Under the pieces are notes generated by a model, which searched no databases, had not been told where the DNA came from, and worked only from the letters and a program-made list of their open reading frames with translations. A program made the position numbers and the translations under genes. Below, in pieces: positions 33,810-42,291 of a DNA stretch of 57,084 nt. Each line of letters starts with the position of its first letter. Position 1 is the first letter of the stretch. The DNA comes from Candidatus Levyibacteriota bacterium (GTDB lineage: Bacteria; Patescibacteriota; Microgenomatia; Levybacterales; UBA12049), in NCBI GenBank assembly GCA_016186625.1, contig JACPLG010000013.1:1-57084 (forward strand), written 5' to 3'.

Positions 33810-33901
33810 TTGACCTAATTTCTAATTAACCTAATTGACCTAAATTTTGGTCATTTGCGGTTGGGACTTGTTTAGAAATTAGAAATTAGGATTTAGAAAT
33901 T
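33809..33901 (+). repeat. CCTAATT/TAGAAAT word palindrome, copy 1
   Basis: It is homologous to the reverse complement of 49057-49154. Confidence 0.8.
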
Positions 33902-33909
33902 TTCAGGAT

Positions 33910-34374
33910 ATGGAGAATAATAAAAAACAAGAAAGAAAGACAAATAAGGAATTCATATTCGCTGTAGGGAGAAGAAGAGAAGCTGTTGCGCGAGTTAGAA
34001 TATATTCTAAAATTTCAAATAGTCTTAAGTTTGGAGAACACTCTGTTGAAAAAGGAGAGGTACTAGTTAACGGAAAAGATATTTCTCAATATTTTTCAGG
34101 AGATGTTTCAAAGACCATTTATGAAGAGCCACTAAAATTGGCAAATGTTCTTAATAAGCTTACCATAACAGCAAAAATACAGGGGGGCGGTCCAGTGTCC
34201 CAGCTAGGAGCGTTTGTTTTAGGGGTATCCCGCGGACTTGCGGCAAGAGACGAAAGCATAAAGTCTTTACTTAGAAAAAAAGGTTTGTTAACAAGAGATC
34301 AAAGAGTTAGGGAGCGAAGAAAGGTAGGTATGGGCGGAAAGGCGAGGCGCAAAAAACAAAGTCCAAAAAGATGA
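33910..34374 (+). CDS. rpsI: 30S ribosomal protein S9
   Basis: GRRREAVARVRI...GGGPVSQLGAFVLGVSRGL...LTRDQRVRERRKVG is present. Confidence 0.95.
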   Translation: MENNKKQERKTNKEFIFAVGRRREAVARVRIYSKISNSLKFGEHSVEKGEVLVNGKDISQYFSGDVSKTIYEEPLKLANVLNKLTITAKIQGGGPVSQLGAFVLGVSRGLAARDESIKSLLRKKGLLTRDQRVRERRKVGMGGKARRKKQSPKR

Positions 34375-34375
34375 T

Positions 34376-34915
34376 TTACAATTTGTCTTCCTCAATCATT
34401 TTCTTAACCCAAGGTGCAAATCGCTTATAAAATCTTCCGCTTTTGTCAATGAGTTTTTGTTTTGTCAAAAGGAAAAATCCATAAGCAAAATCATAATTTG
34501 GATGAGGGAGATTTTTTACTTGGGTAACTAAAACTTCACACACTTCATGCTCTGTTAATTTACTTTTTGGATCTTTGGCCTTATAGTAAATTGATCCTAA
34601 ATTTTTAAGTTTGCCCAAATCAGATTTTTCCAAATGCCATTCCCTTCTTAAGCATCCATATGTTGCCTCTTGGGTAGTTTGTAGTTTGCCATTTACATAA
34701 ATTTGATGAGAAGAGGATGTGACATCAAATACCCCGTCAAATGCAGGATGACGTCTTTGCTGAATAATATATTGTTCTTTATAGATAAGAGCTACTGTTA
34801 AAGCTCTATGTAGAATTCCTTTTCTGTGGGCCTCCCATTTTTCAATTTTCCCAAGAATATTTCCTTCTTTATCAACCCGCGCTATTATTTGTTTTTGTTG
34901 ATAATAATCTGTCAT
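34376..34915 (-). CDS. Nudix-fold isopentenyl-diphosphate isomerase (type 1)-like protein
   Basis: WEAHRKGILHRALTV and TEHEVCEVL resemble Idi. The position of the Idi catalytic Cys reads TSSSHQ (Ser). It is coupled to uppS by a 4-nt overlap. Confidence 0.5.
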   Translation of the reverse strand: MTDYYQQKQIIARVDKEGNILGKIEKWEAHRKGILHRALTVALIYKEQYIIQQRRHPAFDGVFDVTSSSHQIYVNGKLQTTQEATYGCLRREWHLEKSDLGKLKNLGSIYYKAKDPKSKLTEHEVCEVLVTQVKNLPHPNYDFAYGFFLLTKQKLIDKSGRFYKRFAPWVKKMIEEDKL

Positions 34916-35664
34916 TTACCCTCATTTCTTTTGGTTTGACTATAGTAGTGAATAGCATCTGCAAAATCTTTTTCTGAAATTTCTGGGAAAAGTTTGTTTG
35001 GGAGAAAGTAGAGTACGGTGTGGCTTCCATTAATCCATCCAACATCTGATGTTCGTGTTTCAGAAGTTCTTATTAAAAGATCTGCTGATCTAATTAATCC
35101 CTGGGAATCTCTAAGTTTCCACAAGGTCTCTTCGTTTATGATTTCACTCTTCGGCAAATTTCTTCCTTTTTCCAATAGTCTTATGTTTTGGTCTTCACCG
35201 CCAAAATCAACTGCCAGACAAATTATTTGTCCGGGATTATTTTTAGTTTCCTCTTCAGCTTTTTCAATTTTGTCAAGTAATTTCTTTGGAATTCTGTCAC
35301 GTCTTCCAAGATGAATAAAACGAGAGTTATTTTCTTTTAATTCCTCAAGATAATTATCAATTATAAACCCAAAAATTCGCATCAGATTATCTATTTCTCT
35401 TTTCTCTCTTCTCCAATTATCTGAGGCAAAACCCCAAAGTGTTACTGCTCGTATGGGTAGGGGCCTAAAATATCTAAGGAGCTTTACTGCGACCTTAAAT
35501 CCCGCCCGGTGGCCCCAAACTTCAGATTTGCCATGTTTTTTAGCATATCTTCTATTCCCATCAGGAATTATAAAAATATGCTGGGGAAACTCTGCAGGAG
35601 GAATTTTTGCAAGCTTTGGAAACTTCCTAAAAATTTCCTCTTTTCTTTCTTCAAGACTCTTCAT
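34912..35664 (-). CDS. uppS: isoprenyl transferase (undecaprenyl diphosphate synthase family)
   Basis: HIFIIPDGNRRYAKKHG...WGFASDNWRR...IRTSETRTS is present. Confidence 0.9.
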   Translation of the reverse strand: MKSLEERKEEIFRKFPKLAKIPPAEFPQHIFIIPDGNRRYAKKHGKSEVWGHRAGFKVAVKLLRYFRPLPIRAVTLWGFASDNWRREKREIDNLMRIFGFIIDNYLEELKENNSRFIHLGRRDRIPKKLLDKIEKAEEETKNNPGQIICLAVDFGGEDQNIRLLEKGRNLPKSEIINEETLWKLRDSQGLIRSADLLIRTSETRTSDVGWINGSHTVLYFLPNKLFPEISEKDFADAIHYYSQTKRNEGK

Positions 35665-35705
35665 CGAGTGTTAATTATAGTTGATTTGAAGCTAAAGAAC
35701 AAATG

Positions 35706-35776
35706 TCGGGGTGCGGAGAATCGAACTCCAACCACACGGCCCCCAGCCGCGTATTCTACCACTAAACTACACCCCG
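35706..35776 (-). tRNA. tRNA-Pro (anticodon GGG), no encoded CCA
   Basis: The reverse complement CGGGGTGTAGTTTAGTGGTAGAATACGCGGCTGGGGGCCGTGTGGTTGGAGTTCGATTCTCCGCACCCCGA folds as a cloverleaf. The anticodon loop is CUGGGGG and a GTTCGATTC T-loop is present. Confidence 0.85.
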
Positions 35777-35808
35777 TTTCGCCGAAGGCGAAAATTAGCT
35801 ATTGGTCG

Positions 35809-36168
35809 CTAGTCTTTAGTCTTTTGACTAGATAAAGATTTTATCAAACCATTGAGTTCTTTTCCAACAATGTCTGCTTGTTTTAATTCCCTAGATACAT
35901 CTATATGAAATAAAGTTTCTGCAATTTTTAATCCAGCAACTGTTTCATATAAAGATTTGCGTGCTATTCGCAGAAAACTTTTGAACTCTATATCACCAAG
36001 TCCTCCTGTCCCTTCAGCAATGTTTAAAATTATTGAAGTTACTGATCTTTTTAATTGCGAAGCAAGCGCAAATTGTTCTTCTTTGGGCAATGAATTCGCA
36101 ATTTGATAAACCATTTTCACCAAAATCATTGCATTTTGATATACTCTTAATTTCTCAAATCTATACAT
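35809..36168 (-). CDS. four-helix-bundle protein (23S rRNA intervening-sequence protein family)
   Basis: [20 protein letters not shown]...[19 protein letters not shown]...[11 protein letters not shown] is typical of the family. Confidence 0.85.
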   Translation of the reverse strand: MYRFEKLRVYQNAMILVKMVYQIANSLPKEEQFALASQLKRSVTSIILNIAEGTGGLGDIEFKSFLRIARKSLYETVAGLKIAETLFHIDVSRELKQADIVGKELNGLIKSLSSQKTKD

Positions 36169-36263
36169 GCTTAGAAGCTGGAGACCAGAGACTAAAGACT
36201 AAAAGCAATTTTATCATAAAATCCTTCTTGTATTTTATAAATCGGTGGTCTACAATTGGGCAA

Positions 36264-37361
36264 ATGGCAAGGCAGGCAAAAAATCCACTATCAAACGGTC
36301 CTTCTGATTCCTCAGCAAAATTAGATGCAGTGAGACTCGCAATGGAGCAAATTGAAAAGCAGTATGGCAGAGGCTCAATAATGCGAATGGGAGATGCTTC
36401 CCAAAAGCTTGAGATCTCAGTTATTTCAACCGGTTGTTTGCCTTTGGATCTTGCACTTGGCGTTGGGGGTCTACCCAGGGGTCGCATCGTTGAAATTTAC
36501 GGGCCTGAAGCTTCTGGAAAAACAACGATCGCTCTCTCTGTAATTTCAGAAGCTCAGAAAAAAGGTGGAGTGGCAGCATTTATTGATGCAGAACATGCGC
36601 TAGATTCTCTCTGGGCTGAAAAAATAGGAGTAAAACTTGAAGATCTATTAATTTCCCAGCCTGACACTGGAGAACAGGCACTTGAAATTGCAGAAAGTTT
36701 GATTCGCTCAGGAGGGGTTGATGTTTTAGTCATAGATTCCGTTGCGGCACTTGTTCCACGCGCAGAAATTGAAGGAGAAATGGGAGACTCTATGATGGGA
36801 CTCCACGCGCGTCTTATGTCCCAAGCTCTTAGAAAATTAACAGGAGCAATTTCTAAAAGCAAAACTGTTGTTATTTTTACTAATCAACTGAGACAAAAAA
36901 TCGGAATTATGTTTGGAAATCCGGAGACAACCACCGGAGGACTCGCTCTTAAATTCTATGCTTCCGTTAGGATTGATTCACGAAAAATTGAAACTTTAAA
37001 AGATGGAGACAGGGTAATTGGGTCACGTCACAGAGCAAAAATTGTAAAAAATAAAGTAGCCAGTCCTTTTAGAATTGCAGAATTTGACGTAATGCATGAT
37101 GGAATCTCAAAAGAGGGAGCAATAATTGACGTTGGAGTCGAAATGGGAATAATTCAAAAATCAGGAGCATTCTTCAGGCACGGTGAAACAATGCTTGGGC
37201 AAGGCAAAGAAGCAACAAAAATGTTTTTGCGAGAAAACTCAAGCCTAGCTAATAAATTAACTGATGAGATTATGAAAGCAAATAAATCTCAAGGCACTCC
37301 AGTTGCGGTTGGAGTTGAAGAAAAAGAACAAGACGAGGCAGAGACTCCTTTAAATGGATAG
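36264..37361 (+). CDS. recA: recombinase RecA
   Basis: [14 protein letters not shown], the [12 protein letters not shown] Walker A motif and [21 protein letters not shown] are present. ATG 36264 was chosen because the listed ORF upstream is read-through. Confidence 0.95.
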   Translation: MARQAKNPLSNGPSDSSAKLDAVRLAMEQIEKQYGRGSIMRMGDASQKLEISVISTGCLPLDLALGVGGLPRGRIVEIYGPEASGKTTIALSVISEAQKKGGVAAFIDAEHALDSLWAEKIGVKLEDLLISQPDTGEQALEIAESLIRSGGVDVLVIDSVAALVPRAEIEGEMGDSMMGLHARLMSQALRKLTGAISKSKTVVIFTNQLRQKIGIMFGNPETTTGGLALKFYASVRIDSRKIETLKDGDRVIGSRHRAKIVKNKVASPFRIAEFDVMHDGISKEGAIIDVGVEMGIIQKSGAFFRHGETMLGQGKEATKMFLRENSSLANKLTDEIMKANKSQGTPVAVGVEEKEQDEAETPLNG

Positions 37362-37815
37362 CACCACAATAATTGACCGATACTACAATCTATCTCTCCG
37401 TTTTTTATCATACCGCCCCAGGAGTGAAAAAGAAATTAAAGATTATTTGAAGAAAAAGAAGATCGATGAGAATATTCAAGCACAAATTATTGAAAAACTT
37501 AAATCATATAATTTTATAAACGATGAGGATTTTGTAAAATTCTGGATAGAGCAAAGAACTAAATTTAAACACAAACCAATTCGTGTAATTGAGTTTGAAT
37601 TAAGACAAAAGGGAATCAATCGAGACTTGATTAACGAGGTTTTATTATCGTTTGAACAAACAAAAACAGTTGATCTTGAAAGCGCAAGAAGGTTGGCCGC
37701 GAAAAAACTCGATTTCTACCGCGGTTTAGACTCACAAAAAAGACGCGAAAAAGTTATGAGTTTTCTTCTTCGAAAAGGTTTTAACTATGATATTGTCAAA
37801 AAAGTATTAAAGTAG
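37354..37815 (+). CDS. recX: regulatory protein RecX
   Basis: [25 protein letters not shown] is present, with RecX three-repeat architecture. It overlaps the recA stop. Confidence 0.8.
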   Translation: MDSTTIIDRYYNLSLRFLSYRPRSEKEIKDYLKKKKIDENIQAQIIEKLKSYNFINDEDFVKFWIEQRTKFKHKPIRVIEFELRQKGINRDLINEVLLSFEQTKTVDLESARRLAAKKLDFYRGLDSQKRREKVMSFLLRKGFNYDIVKKVLK

Positions 37816-38040
37816 TATACTTCATTTGACAAGAAGAAATTGTCAACGCAGGTTATGAATTGTAATTTATGCCTCAGTTTGATAAGAATTTAATCTCCGG
37901 GTTTACTCCCGTTTTCTTCGTTGTCCTAAAAAAGCAGTTTTCTCAATCCGCCTTTGGCGCGATTGAAGAGGAAAGGCCGACCGGAAAGCCAAAGTCCGAG
38001 TTTTAGCGAGGACGCAGGCAATAGGTCGTGACTTGACGAA

Positions 38041-39297
38041 ATGGCAAATCAGGATTTAATCTTACTTGAGAAAAAACTTTTAGAGCGTCAGGAAAAACTT
38101 GAGCAAGAACGCGAGTATCTTGAGCGAGAAAAAAAACATATTAGAGAAAAAAAAGATGAATATGTAGAAAAGCTCCAGAAAGTTGCAGGCCTAACATCGG
38201 AGGAAGCAAGAACAGAACTTCTCAAAGAAATTGAGGAAAAAGAGGCAGCAACGTTGGCCCGAATTATAAAAGAACGGGAAGAAGAAGCAAAAAGAACTGC
38301 AGATAAAAAGGCTCAGGAAATTGTAGTCGAATCAATGCGCCATGGAGCGGTTGCATATATTCCGGAATATACGGTCTCTATTGTTAGAATCCCTGATGAA
38401 GAAATTAAAGGAAGAATTATCGGGAAAGAGGGAAGAAATATCCGCGCTTTTGAACAAGCAACTGGAGTTGATGTTGATTTAGATGAAGAAGGCGTGATTC
38501 GATTATCCTCATTTGACCAGGTACGCCGAGAAATAGCACGGCGCTCGCTTGAAAAACTCATAAAAGACAGCCGAGTTCAGCCATTCAGAATCGAAGAGAT
38601 AGTTGAGGAGACTAGAGGGGAAGTTGAGAGAGTAATGTTTGCTGAGGGAGAAAAACTAGCCCACGAAGTAGGAGTGTTTAATCTACCAACAGATTTGATT
38701 GGAGTTTTGGGAAGAGCAAAGTTCAGAACTTCTTTTGGACAAAATTTAACAATGCACCTTCTCGAGACAACAAAAATTGGTACTCACATAGCAGAAGAAG
38801 TGGGAGTTGATGTAAATATTGTTAGAATTGGATGTTTACTCCATGATATTGGAAAAGTGGTTCCGGGGGATGGAAGTCATGTGAAGCTGGGGGTAGAACT
38901 ACTTAAAAAATATAATATTCCGCAGGCCATAGTTGATTGTGTGGCCCAGCACCATGAAGATACACCCTTTAGCTCAGTTGAATCGGTGATAGTCCATGTT
39001 GCTGATGCAATTTCAGGAGCGCGCCCAGGAGCAAGGTATGAGGATGTTGAAGAATATGCAACAAGATTAACTGAAATGGAAAGTATTGCTAAAAAATATG
39101 AAGGTGTTGAAGATGCGTATGCTTTTGAAGCGGGAAGAGAACTTAGGGTAATAATTGACCCGGGTAAACTTGATGATCCCCAAACTACATTACTAGCCGA
39201 TAAGATAAGAGAAGAGGTAAGTAAATCTATGGCAATTCCTGGAGAAGTGAAAGTTACTGCTATCCGGGAATTCCGCGCAGTATCTTCAAATGAGTAA
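38041..39297 (+). CDS. rny: ribonuclease Y, lacking the usual N-terminal membrane anchor
   Basis: A coiled coil, the KH motif GRIIGKEGRNIRAFEQATGVDV, and an HD domain with LLHDIGK...AQHHE are present. Confidence 0.9.
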   Translation: MANQDLILLEKKLLERQEKLEQEREYLEREKKHIREKKDEYVEKLQKVAGLTSEEARTELLKEIEEKEAATLARIIKEREEEAKRTADKKAQEIVVESMRHGAVAYIPEYTVSIVRIPDEEIKGRIIGKEGRNIRAFEQATGVDVDLDEEGVIRLSSFDQVRREIARRSLEKLIKDSRVQPFRIEEIVEETRGEVERVMFAEGEKLAHEVGVFNLPTDLIGVLGRAKFRTSFGQNLTMHLLETTKIGTHIAEEVGVDVNIVRIGCLLHDIGKVVPGDGSHVKLGVELLKKYNIPQAIVDCVAQHHEDTPFSSVESVIVHVADAISGARPGARYEDVEEYATRLTEMESIAKKYEGVEDAYAFEAGRELRVIIDPGKLDDPQTTLLADKIREEVSKSMAIPGEVKVTAIREFRAVSSNE

Positions 39298-39558
39298 AAG
39301 TTAGCCTCGGATAAAGCTCCAATTGAACACTTTTCTTATCTTGACCCGGCCATATCTTACCGTTCGGCTTTTGGGAACTGTTCGTTCACGCCTCCCTCCG
39401 GATGCGGGCAGGCACGGAGCGATTATAGGCGGGTTGTGTTGCTATTTTGAACACATTAATGGGACTTGACAAGCTTTTCAAATGCATTGTATTGTTAATC
39501 TAATCGGGTTAATATTATCCGTTTTGATTGATTCGATAGCTAAAACATGAAGGAGGTG

Positions 39559-39837
39559 ATGAATTTGACAAAGAAAGATCTAATCATGCTGGTTGCAAAA
39601 AAAGCGAATCTTACAAATAAGGCATCTTCAGATGCAATTTCGGCAATGCTAGGGGGAATTAGAGATTCGCTTAAAAGAGGAGAGAAGGTAGTAATTACTG
39701 GTTTTGGAACTTTTAGTATTAGAAATAGATCGGAGCGCCCTGGAAGAAATCCCAAAACAGGAGAAAAAATTACACTTGCGGCAAGACGCGCACCTGGTTT
39801 TACTCCTGGCAAAACTTTAAAGAAAGCGGTACGCTAA
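39559..39837 (+). CDS. hup: DNA-binding protein HU (start 39547/39559/39565 ambiguous)
   Basis: TKKDLIMLVAKKANLT...GFGTFSIRNRSERPGRNPKTGEKI...FTPGK is present. Confidence 0.9.
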   Translation: MNLTKKDLIMLVAKKANLTNKASSDAISAMLGGIRDSLKRGEKVVITGFGTFSIRNRSERPGRNPKTGEKITLAARRAPGFTPGKTLKKAVR

Positions 39838-39846
39838 AATGGCTAA

Positions 39847-41766
39847 ATGACATCTAAATTCAGAGCCTTTTTGGCAAATACTCTTCCGTCTATTTCGCTA
39901 ATCTTATTGTTGTTCTTCTTATTTTCAAATGGAAAAGCCCAAGCGCAATCTAAGAAAAACTCTTTTATCACAATTATTAATCCCGTAAGAATTGCTCCTT
40001 ATACAATTGACTCTGCTAAAAGCATAGAGGCACAGTATTTTGAAGTAGAAAAAAGAAACCTTCCAGCCACGTGGTTACTAAGCTATGATGTAATCGATAA
40101 TAAAGATTCTGTTGAAACCATCAAGAAATTTGATAAAGCCCAAGAATTAGGAATTCTCATGGAGGTTTCCTCAGCTTCAGCAAAAGCAGCGGGGATAAAA
40201 TACAACAAGACTGATTCCTGGCATAGAGCAAGCAGTATTTTTCTCCCAGGTTATAGTCAAGAAGACAGAATAAAGCTTATTGATTCAGTTTTTGAAAAAT
40301 TCAAAGAAGAGTTTGATTACTATCCCGCCTCTGTTGGCGCTTGGTGGATTGATTCATTTTCATTAGATTACATGTCAAAAAAATATAAAATTACGGCCAA
40401 TCTTAATGTTTCTGACCAGGCCGGCACAGACGGATACCATGTCTGGGGGACATATTGGTCAACTCCTTACTATCCTAGTAAAATTAATGCAGCTTTTCCT
40501 GCTGGACTTCCTTCGGATCTTGACCATAATTATTTTGAGCAATTACTCCGGCTATATACAGATAGAGATTTTGGCCAGATAACAATTGGACTTGAAGGAG
40601 ATTTTCCTGCGCATTTTTACAAAGATAATTTCAGTACACAACTATCAATTGCTCAGGATTTAGTAAGTGAAGGGAAAGTCCAGTTTTCAACAATGAAAAA
40701 TTTTGCCACCATTTATATGGATAGATATAAAAAACTTTCTCCAGAGGTTCTTCTTGAGAGTTCAGATATTTTAGGAGGCACAAAGAGAATTTACTGGTTT
40801 CAAAGCCCAAAATACAGAGTGGGAATAATCCATGACTTTAGAGATAATCGTACTCAAATAGTTGATTTAAGAGCCTATTTTCAAGATTTCCAAGAGCCTT
40901 TTTATGTTTCTCCCAACAAACAATATGATTTGTTCTCCATAGTCCCGCCTATAATCGATTCAAAAATCGAGCCAGATCTAAAAATCACACTTGACACTGG
41001 TTATTTAATTAATTCTGATAATAGTTCAATTACATTTGAAAAGGGCAAGCTGACTTTTGATGAAGAGGGAATAAAATTGCATGGAATTAATCTAAGAGTT
41101 GACTCTAGAATATTGAGCTCCGGTTTGGTTAAGATTAATTCTGAAAGCATTTATCCTTCGCAAAAATACGCCTATTCTTCTGATGGATATGTTTTTACTG
41201 ATTTTAAGCCTAAAATACCCTTTGCATTAAAATATAGAGGCAGTCCGTTGATAATTTATCTCGGGATAATACTCGCAACGATTTTATTTTCAATAGTTTT
41301 AACCATTGCGAAAAAGAAAAATAAGAAATATTTTAAGTTTGCTATTGTAGTTTTAGCTATTGGACTAGTATCATATTTTATTTTTAGAACGAACAGGCCC
41401 TTATATGTAAGTCAGTCAGAAATTGATGCTCTCTTTGTTTTGAAAAACCTTGATAGAGGTAAGGTTTTGCTGTATGAAAAAGACTGCCTCCGCTGTAGCT
41501 GGGAAAGTAAGCATAAGCCAGCGGCGATGGAGGGAAGGAAAGATTATGTTGAAAGATTTAGCGGAAAAGATATAGTGTATAGCCTGGATTTTGTTTTGGC
41601 TAAAAATCCAGATGAAGCAAGACAAATTTTGAAGAAAAACAACGCCAGTTATATATATTTAACAAAATATGAAGATTATATAGAAGCAATTTCGTTTAAT
41701 CCTTCCGATGTGGGGATAGAAAAAGTTTACGAGAATGCAAATGCCGCAATTTATAAAGTAAGATAA
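39847..41766 (+). CDS. large hypothetical membrane-anchored protein
   Basis: It has an N-terminal signal/TM segment, a ~430-aa extracytoplasmic domain, 2 TM helices (aa ~470-520), and a C-terminal domain. Confidence 0.6.
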   Translation: MTSKFRAFLANTLPSISLILLLFFLFSNGKAQAQSKKNSFITIINPVRIAPYTIDSAKSIEAQYFEVEKRNLPATWLLSYDVIDNKDSVETIKKFDKAQELGILMEVSSASAKAAGIKYNKTDSWHRASSIFLPGYSQEDRIKLIDSVFEKFKEEFDYYPASVGAWWIDSFSLDYMSKKYKITANLNVSDQAGTDGYHVWGTYWSTPYYPSKINAAFPAGLPSDLDHNYFEQLLRLYTDRDFGQITIGLEGDFPAHFYKDNFSTQLSIAQDLVSEGKVQFSTMKNFATIYMDRYKKLSPEVLLESSDILGGTKRIYWFQSPKYRVGIIHDFRDNRTQIVDLRAYFQDFQEPFYVSPNKQYDLFSIVPPIIDSKIEPDLKITLDTGYLINSDNSSITFEKGKLTFDEEGIKLHGINLRVDSRILSSGLVKINSESIYPSQKYAYSSDGYVFTDFKPKIPFALKYRGSPLIIYLGIILATILFSIVLTIAKKKNKKYFKFAIVVLAIGLVSYFIFRTNRPLYVSQSEIDALFVLKNLDRGKVLLYEKDCLRCSWESKHKPAAMEGRKDYVERFSGKDIVYSLDFVLAKNPDEARQILKKNNASYIYLTKYEDYIEAISFNPSDVGIEKVYENANAAIYKVR

Positions 41767-41800
41767 GACCCACAACTTATTGAGAAAATATTTATTGTGC

Positions 41801-41830
41801 TTGCAATACTATAAGCTGATGTGATATAAT
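41801..41830 (+). promoter_or_regulatory. promoter of RNase P RNA
   Basis: TTGCAA-N18-TATAAT lies just upstream of the P1 helix. Confidence 0.6.
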
Positions 41831-41834
41831 ACGC

Positions 41835-42243
41835 TTGCTGGGAAGAAGGTTTGCTACTCGCCTTAGGCGAGAGGAAAGTCCAGACAGCACAAAAGCAAGG
41901 GATGGAGCGTAAGCTCCAGCTAGAATCCTTCGATTGCACTCAGGATTTCCTGAGCCTGTCGAACGGAAAATAGCCGGTGTTCAGACTTTATACCGCTAAA
42001 CGAGTTTGAAACAGATTTTGAAATAACAAAATCTGAGAGCAACAGAGACGTGCGGGAGTGAAACGGGCAATCCCACCTGCTGTAACCTTCGACAGATGCG
42101 CTTCACCAGCTTTTGGGAAGTCGCGTAAAACGCGACAGGCATCAAAGAAGGGCATCCGCCTTAGGCGGGCAATGTGACCAAATATCACAACTGAGATAGA
42201 TTGCAGACTAAAACAGAATCTGGCTTACTAACTTCCCAGCATA
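41835..42243 (+). ncRNA. rnpB: RNase P RNA, bacterial type A
   Basis: GAGGAAAGTCCAGAC (CR-I) and ACAGAATCTGGCTTAC (CR-V) are present. The P1 pairing is GCTGGGAAG/CTTCCCAGC at 41837-45/42232-40. Confidence 0.9.
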
Positions 42244-42291
42244 AGTTTAACTTATAGTATTGCAATCAGGTACCAGGCGATACCTGATAAG

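Noticed and set aside
18829-33901. The possibility that the regularly recurring short repeats form a CRISPR array.
   Set aside because: The repeats are self-complementary word palindromes dispersed one per intergenic spacer. They are separated by full-length genes rather than by 25-40-nt unique spacers, and no cas genes are present.
36033-36263. N-terminal extensions in the ORF track for recA (from 36033), the helicase (to 45309), infA (from 29690), the solute-binding protein (from 50561), tuf (12893) and rplV (19291).
   Set aside because: The extensions overlap neighbouring genes or spacers, and homology begins at the internal ATG chosen in the feature list.
39466-39500. A TTGACA box upstream of hup as a promoter.
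   Set aside because: No acceptable -10 hexamer lies at 16-19 nt spacing (GTATTG/TATTGT), so it was not reported as a feature.
41751-42188. ORFs 41751..41939 (-) and 41988..42188 (-).
   Set aside because: They overlap the RNase P RNA gene, which has its CR-I and CR-V motifs and P1 pairing, on the opposite strand.
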